The translations under genes and the position numbers were made by a program. Source: an uncultured archaeon (GTDB lineage: Archaea; Asgardarchaeota; Thorarchaeia; Thorarchaeales; Thorarchaeaceae). Taken from it: a stretch of 18,865 bases of DNA. Shown here piece after piece: positions 14,648 through 18,865 of this stretch (position 1 is its first letter; each line of letters begins with the position of its first letter). The notes beneath the pieces were generated by a model. That model saw only the letters and a list, made by a program, of their open reading frames with translations. It searched no databases and had not been told where the DNA came from. The stretch covers positions 1 through 18,865 of the forward strand of contig CAZPWM010000060.1 of assembly GCA_964590575.1 (NCBI GenBank), written 5' to 3'.

Positions 14648-16510
14648 GTGGAGGAGAGAACGATTTTCACATGTAAGAAATGTAAAGAGCCATTCTTTGT
14701 TCAGTCTGGAGAACTGAAAGGTAACACACTTCGTGTTTACTGCCAATGTCTGAAAGGTCACAAGGGTAAGAGGGATATTTCAAGATACCAAGCTGACAGT
14801 ATGGCTCATGAAGTGTTTCAGGGCATTTTCACTTGTGTGGAATGTGGATTGACGATGTCCTTAATGAACACTGATGTGGGTCGCCAAAAGGCTGAGTATA
14901 TCTTCATTTGTCCAATACATGGACCTCAAAGAAGAGAGATTCCTGCTTTCTACCATACTTCTGTCACAGGAATGCAGGCGAATATGAATTTCTCAAAATC
15001 AATTCTTGACTCTCTGAGTTGTCCTAAGTGTGGGGAGGTTTTTGTTGCTACTGAGATTGCTGAGAAGAAAGGACTCCTTGAGATCAAAGCACGGTGTTCT
15101 AATGGACACAAAGAAATGCGGTTTGTTCCAAAGATAGCTGACGAGTCTGTTCTCAAAACAATGGTCAAGCGACTCATCCACTGCGATGAATGTGGCCTTC
15201 CATGCAAAGTACTAGGTTCGCAACCCAAAGGGAACAAAGCCCAGTTAGAAATTGCGTGTCCCGCACATGGAAAAATGAAGAAAGAACTCCCAGCTGAATA
15301 TGCATGGATGGTGGAATCGATTGTTGAAGCCATGTCTGAGGGTAGCATTGTAAAATCGATGTTGAACTGTCGTGATTGTGGGAAGTCATTATCAATCAAA
15401 GCAGTCGAGCTTGACAAGATGAAATACAAACTCAAGTGCAGTTGTGCGAATGGCCATAGTGTTGAACTCTCACAACCATCTGATTTGGATGAGGAAGCCA
15501 TTGATGCTATTGTCGGTGGTGTTTTGAAATGCAATGACTGTGATTTGGTGACTGACATCGTGGAAACAAAGGTCAGTGGTAACAATGTGGAACTGAAGCT
15601 ACTCTGTCCTGTTCATGGTGATTTCAAGAAAGGAATAAGTATGGGTGTTTACAAACACGTTGAGGAACGAGACAAACAAGTAGACAGGATGCCATCGACT
15701 GAAGAGAGTCTCAAGTGTGATAAATGTACATCTCCGATGACAATTCGCGGGACCAAAGTTCACGACAACATCGTTGAACTAAAGATGGACTGCATGAATG
15801 GTCATGGTCATGAACGTTATTTGCATGTTGGAGCCGACGATCCTGTGATTGAACGATTCTATCATCAATTGTTCGAATGTCACAAATGTCACAGTCCATT
15901 GACTCTGACAACCATTGGTGAGAAGGATGATAAGTCCGAAGCTTTCCTCATCTGCGAAAACCATGGTGAGAGCAAAGTTGAGATTCCAACAGCGCATGCA
16001 AAATTAGCTCGAGATGCATACCTCTCAACTATGTCAATGTCCGATCTAGAGAAGCTTCTGGAAACCCGTTTGCAGACAGAAAGAGCTGCAGAATACCAAA
16101 TTGAACCAGATGCTGATATCCAAGAAATGGTAGATATTGTGAACGATATCATTGAGCAGCAGAGTGTGAAGTTCATTGGAGAGAAGAGTAGAACCAAGAA
16201 TGGCGAGGAATCATGGTATTATGGAAAGGCTCTAGCCGGTACCGAATATATTGTGATTGGATCAGTTTCAAAAGAAAACCTGACAATGCGCATCTCAGTT
16301 GCTAGTGATGACGAGAATAAGATGAACATGCTCCTATCAGAGATGCGTGACAATCTACGAGAGGTCTTACTCAAACTTCAAGATAAGACTGGAGACACAG
16401 CTCCAAAGAAAATTCAATGTGCTCAATGCGGTGCAGCGCTACCCAAACGAGCTCTTCCTGGTGAAACTGTGATTTGTGATCACTGTGGAACTCCGTTGCA
16501 TTGGACTTAG
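14648..16510 (+). CDS. Paralogue with eight Cys3His metal-ribbon repeats, putative platform-like alpha/beta domain and C-terminal C4 zinc ribbon
   Basis: 620 aa; eight intact repeats colinear with the upstream gene; CAQC...CDHC at the end. Confidence 0.85.
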   Translation: MEERTIFTCKKCKEPFFVQSGELKGNTLRVYCQCLKGHKGKRDISRYQADSMAHEVFQGIFTCVECGLTMSLMNTDVGRQKAEYIFICPIHGPQRREIPAFYHTSVTGMQANMNFSKSILDSLSCPKCGEVFVATEIAEKKGLLEIKARCSNGHKEMRFVPKIADESVLKTMVKRLIHCDECGLPCKVLGSQPKGNKAQLEIACPAHGKMKKELPAEYAWMVESIVEAMSEGSIVKSMLNCRDCGKSLSIKAVELDKMKYKLKCSCANGHSVELSQPSDLDEEAIDAIVGGVLKCNDCDLVTDIVETKVSGNNVELKLLCPVHGDFKKGISMGVYKHVEERDKQVDRMPSTEESLKCDKCTSPMTIRGTKVHDNIVELKMDCMNGHGHERYLHVGADDPVIERFYHQLFECHKCHSPLTLTTIGEKDDKSEAFLICENHGESKVEIPTAHAKLARDAYLSTMSMSDLEKLLETRLQTERAAEYQIEPDADIQEMVDIVNDIIEQQSVKFIGEKSRTKNGEESWYYGKALAGTEYIVIGSVSKENLTMRISVASDDENKMNMLLSEMRDNLREVLLKLQDKTGDTAPKKIQCAQCGAALPKRALPGETVICDHCGTPLHWT

Positions 16511-16573
16511 TTTCAATAATGACACAAGGAAAGCCATATCGAATGTGCAAATCAAAAGGGTATCATTAGATGC

Positions 16574-17137
16574 CTATTCACCAGTCCACTTTGCAGCTGA
16601 ATCTTGGAAAACTCCCATATGTGCAAGTACTCTCTCGATCACTGAATCCACAAGTTCCTCAATGGTCTTTGGTTTTGCCCAAAATGCTGGACTAGCAGGG
16701 ATCACAATGGCACCAGCTTCTGTTACTGTAGCCATATTCCTAATTTGAATTAGATTGAGGGGCGACTCTCTAGGTACAAGAATGAGCTTGCGCCTCTCTT
16801 TCAAACTGCAATCCGAAGCGCGAGCAATGAGATTGTCTGCATATCCATGAGCAATTCCTGCAAGAGTCTTCATTGAGCATGGTATGACAACCATTGAATC
16901 GAGCGGAAAAGTCCCACTGGCTGGTCCTGCTGCGAGATCATCTTCACTATAGAAGAAGTCCGCCTCTTTGCAGAGGGTTTCTGAGTCAATCCCGGTTTCA
17001 TACTTGAGGGTCTCTTCACCCCACTTGCTGACAATCAAGTGAACTTCATGACCATCTGACTTCAGAGCTCGTAACAATCTGACTCCATATATTGCACCGC
17101 TAGCACCTGTTATACAGACAAGGACTCGCTTCTTCAT
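16574..17137 (-). CDS. ubiX: Flavin prenyltransferase UbiX
   Basis: ITGASGAIYG, ASG, PCSMKTLAGIA, NLIARA, LKERRKLILVPRESPL and PAFW motifs; ATG 17137 preceded by GGTGA. Confidence 0.96.
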   Translation of the reverse strand: MKKRVLVCITGASGAIYGVRLLRALKSDGHEVHLIVSKWGEETLKYETGIDSETLCKEADFFYSEDDLAAGPASGTFPLDSMVVIPCSMKTLAGIAHGYADNLIARASDCSLKERRKLILVPRESPLNLIQIRNMATVTEAGAIVIPASPAFWAKPKTIEELVDSVIERVLAHMGVFQDSAAKWTGE

Positions 17138-17179
17138 ATTAGTCACCAGTAGACTAGAATCTCTGAACTAGAATTTGTG

Positions 17180-17185
17180 TATATA
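17180..17185 (-). promoter_or_regulatory. Candidate TATA box for ubiX
   Basis: TATATA about 45 nt upstream of the ubiX ATG in the intergenic gap. Confidence 0.4.
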
Positions 17186-17215
17186 CCTCTATCGAAATGA
17201 TGAATGCAATGATTC

Positions 17216-18865
17216 TCAAAACAGAAAAGCTAGGAGTATGTATATGAGAATAGATCCGCCTCCTGCCCTGATTCCTACCTTCTTGGCAATACCAGCTGCC
17301 TCAGCTATATCTTGTGTGAGAATGTCAAATCCCTTCTCTCCGAAGGTCCTAAGGCCGGTTGCCTTGCCAAATCCTAGTCCAACCTTGACCGGTTGAACTC
17401 GCTCTCGCGCTTTCACTGACGCTGCTACAATATGCTCAAGGGTTTCGAAAGGTTTGTTTCGACCAACTGGTGGATATCCTCTACTGGAGAGCGAGATTGC
17501 ATTCACGACGTGGGTGTCTGTCGTGATAATTTCAGCATCGTCAAATCCCTGTGCCTTGAGCAGACTCTGAGCCTGTTCTCTAAATCCTGGTTCCACGTTA
17601 TTGCCATCAATAGAGATTAAGGCCATCTCACGCTCGCCAAGATTGAGGACAATAGCGATTACGCCGCCCGGCCCCATTCCCTCTGACTGAGTGATATCGC
17701 TTGGTATAATCTGGTGCATTCCCAACTGTACTTTCGTTCTGTCGTTATTGATAGTTGAGAACACAGCTCCTGAAACCGTGCCGACAAATTCACTCGCCTC
17801 TGGATCTCCTTGGTTCACAGAAATCGCACTATCATCAATACAATTATGCGCGTCAACCACTGCTACGCCTCCAATCTGAGGCAATCTTTCACGAATCATG
17901 TTAGCAACATCATATCCAACATCCAATGAAATGTCGTCTGTAAATTCAGGTGCACTTGTGCTAATTGTGAGTACATTTTCACCAACAAAAAGACTCCAAA
18001 CCTTGAACTTCCCTCCATCAGACCAATGTGGTCCAGAAATGAATTCATGAACCTCTGTTTCCTCGATTAGTCTGTCTATCTCTGATAGAATAATGGGATA
18101 GTCGTCTTTTGTGGTCAGATTCTGCTGATGTGTACAAGTGCCATGCATGATAAAAGATGGGATTCCATGAGTGTCATGAATGTGTTTGATAATAACAGAG
18201 GGTAGTTCGCTACTTCCAATGTCTCTGAAGGGTCCTGGATGAACATACTGAATTACTCCGCAAGCAACAGGTCCTTCATCATCTCGAAATATGATAATCT
18301 CAACAGGAATATCTTGTACAGTTGCAATCTTTGTCAGAATCTTTTCCATGGGTTCAGGATTACTCGCTAAATAATCATGACCAAATGCTCTGAGGAGTTG
18401 TGGTCCGTTGATTCCTAGGTCCCTTTCAAAAGGCACACTAACGGCTCGATAGATGTAATGGACTACCAATGAAGCAACAATCAGTGAGATACTAACGGGG
18501 ATGTACCACAAAGGCGGAAGTTGTGGAAGAGCAACGTTTGTTGGAGCAATAATTAGCTCGACAATAATCCAAAGTAATGGAGGCATAAGCGATGCAATGG
18601 TGTTCCTTACAGGATGATGATCACTCAATCCATTCACAAGGAATGCAAAAGCCATGTATGCGACTGAAACTCCTAATATTGAGAATCTAATCTCAAATGC
18701 AGCAGATGATGTGACTGCATCTACGATGCCACCAATTACACTCAGGGCAATCCAAAATATCAATCCAAATTGGACCAATCCTGCAGTCCTTCTCCCATCT
18801 AGGGGAGAGTCCTCTTCTGTCGTAATCGCATATAGTAAACCTGAACCGATGAACACAGGTGCTCC
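17216..18865 (-). CDS. DUF2070-like archaeal membrane protein (5' end outside the window)
   Basis: N-terminal TM helices followed by VHPGPF..IGSS.LP, HG...H..N, DAHN, DGNN and TTDTH, then a C-terminal TM; frame stays open to the window edge. Confidence 0.85.
   Translation of the reverse strand, partial: GAPVFIGSGLLYAITTEEDSPLDGRRTAGLVQFGLIFWIALSVIGGIVDAVTSSAAFEIRFSILGVSVAYMAFAFLVNGLSDHHPVRNTIASLMPPLLWIIVELIIAPTNVALPQLPPLWYIPVSISLIVASLVVHYIYRAVSVPFERDLGINGPQLLRAFGHDYLASNPEPMEKILTKIATVQDIPVEIIIFRDDEGPVACGVIQYVHPGPFRDIGSSELPSVIIKHIHDTHGIPSFIMHGTCTHQQNLTTKDDYPIILSEIDRLIEETEVHEFISGPHWSDGGKFKVWSLFVGENVLTISTSAPEFTDDISLDVGYDVANMIRERLPQIGGVAVVDAHNCIDDSAISVNQGDPEASEFVGTVSGAVFSTINNDRTKVQLGMHQIIPSDITQSEGMGPGGVIAIVLNLGEREMALISIDGNNVEPGFREQAQSLLKAQGFDDAEIITTDTHVVNAISLSSRGYPPVGRNKPFETLEHIVAASVKARERVQPVKVGLGFGKATGLRTFGEKGFDILTQDIAEAAGIAKKVGIRAGGGSILIYILLAFLF

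Noticed and set aside
14573-14650. Nested short palindromes (CACTAG/CTAGTG, ATGCAC/GTGCAT, TTACGTAA) between the repeat genes
   Set aside because: Arms of 6 bp or less and no matching motif upstream of the paralogue
14950-15585. 211-aa antisense ORF, and the other short nested or antisense ORFs in the track
   Set aside because: They overlap well-supported genes, show no motifs, and are expected shadows of coding sequence
15878-15892. CxxCH (CHKCH) heme c-binding motif, suggesting a multiheme cytochrome
   Set aside because: Single occurrence, in register with the CxxC of repeat 8; other repeats lack the His and the protein has no export signal
1-18865. CRISPR array, tRNA/rRNA, transposase or integrase
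   Set aside because: No spaced DNA repeats, RNA gene patterns or mobile-element proteins seen; intergenic gaps are all short and the repeats present are protein-level

Overview
Gene-dense archaeal window (GGTG/GGAGG ribosome-binding sites, ATGA/GTGA gene overlaps, oligo-T terminators, DUF2299- and DUF2070-like genes). The gene style suggests an Asgard archaeon, possibly Thorarchaeia; this is an inference, since no marker gene is present. Contents in order: DUF2299-like gene and carbon-nitrogen hydrolase (-); a delta-alpha-beta 2-oxoacid:ferredoxin oxidoreductase operon with no gamma gene (+); two coupled hypothetical genes (-); two tandem membrane-anchored M28 peptidase paralogues with Asp-rich Ca-binding repeats, one intact and one with a remodelled active site (-); a SAMHD1/dNTPase-like HD protein lacking its catalytic residues (+); a small membrane protein (+); two tandem paralogues each built from eight regular CxxC-x21-C(x2/x3)H metal-binding repeats with adaptin-appendage-like C-terminal modules (+); ubiX and a 5'-truncated DUF2070-like gene (-). 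The most striking items are the 8-repeat Cys3His pair with appendage-like tails and the two adjacent, divergently transcribed pseudoenzymes. No RNA genes, CRISPR arrays or mobile elements were seen.
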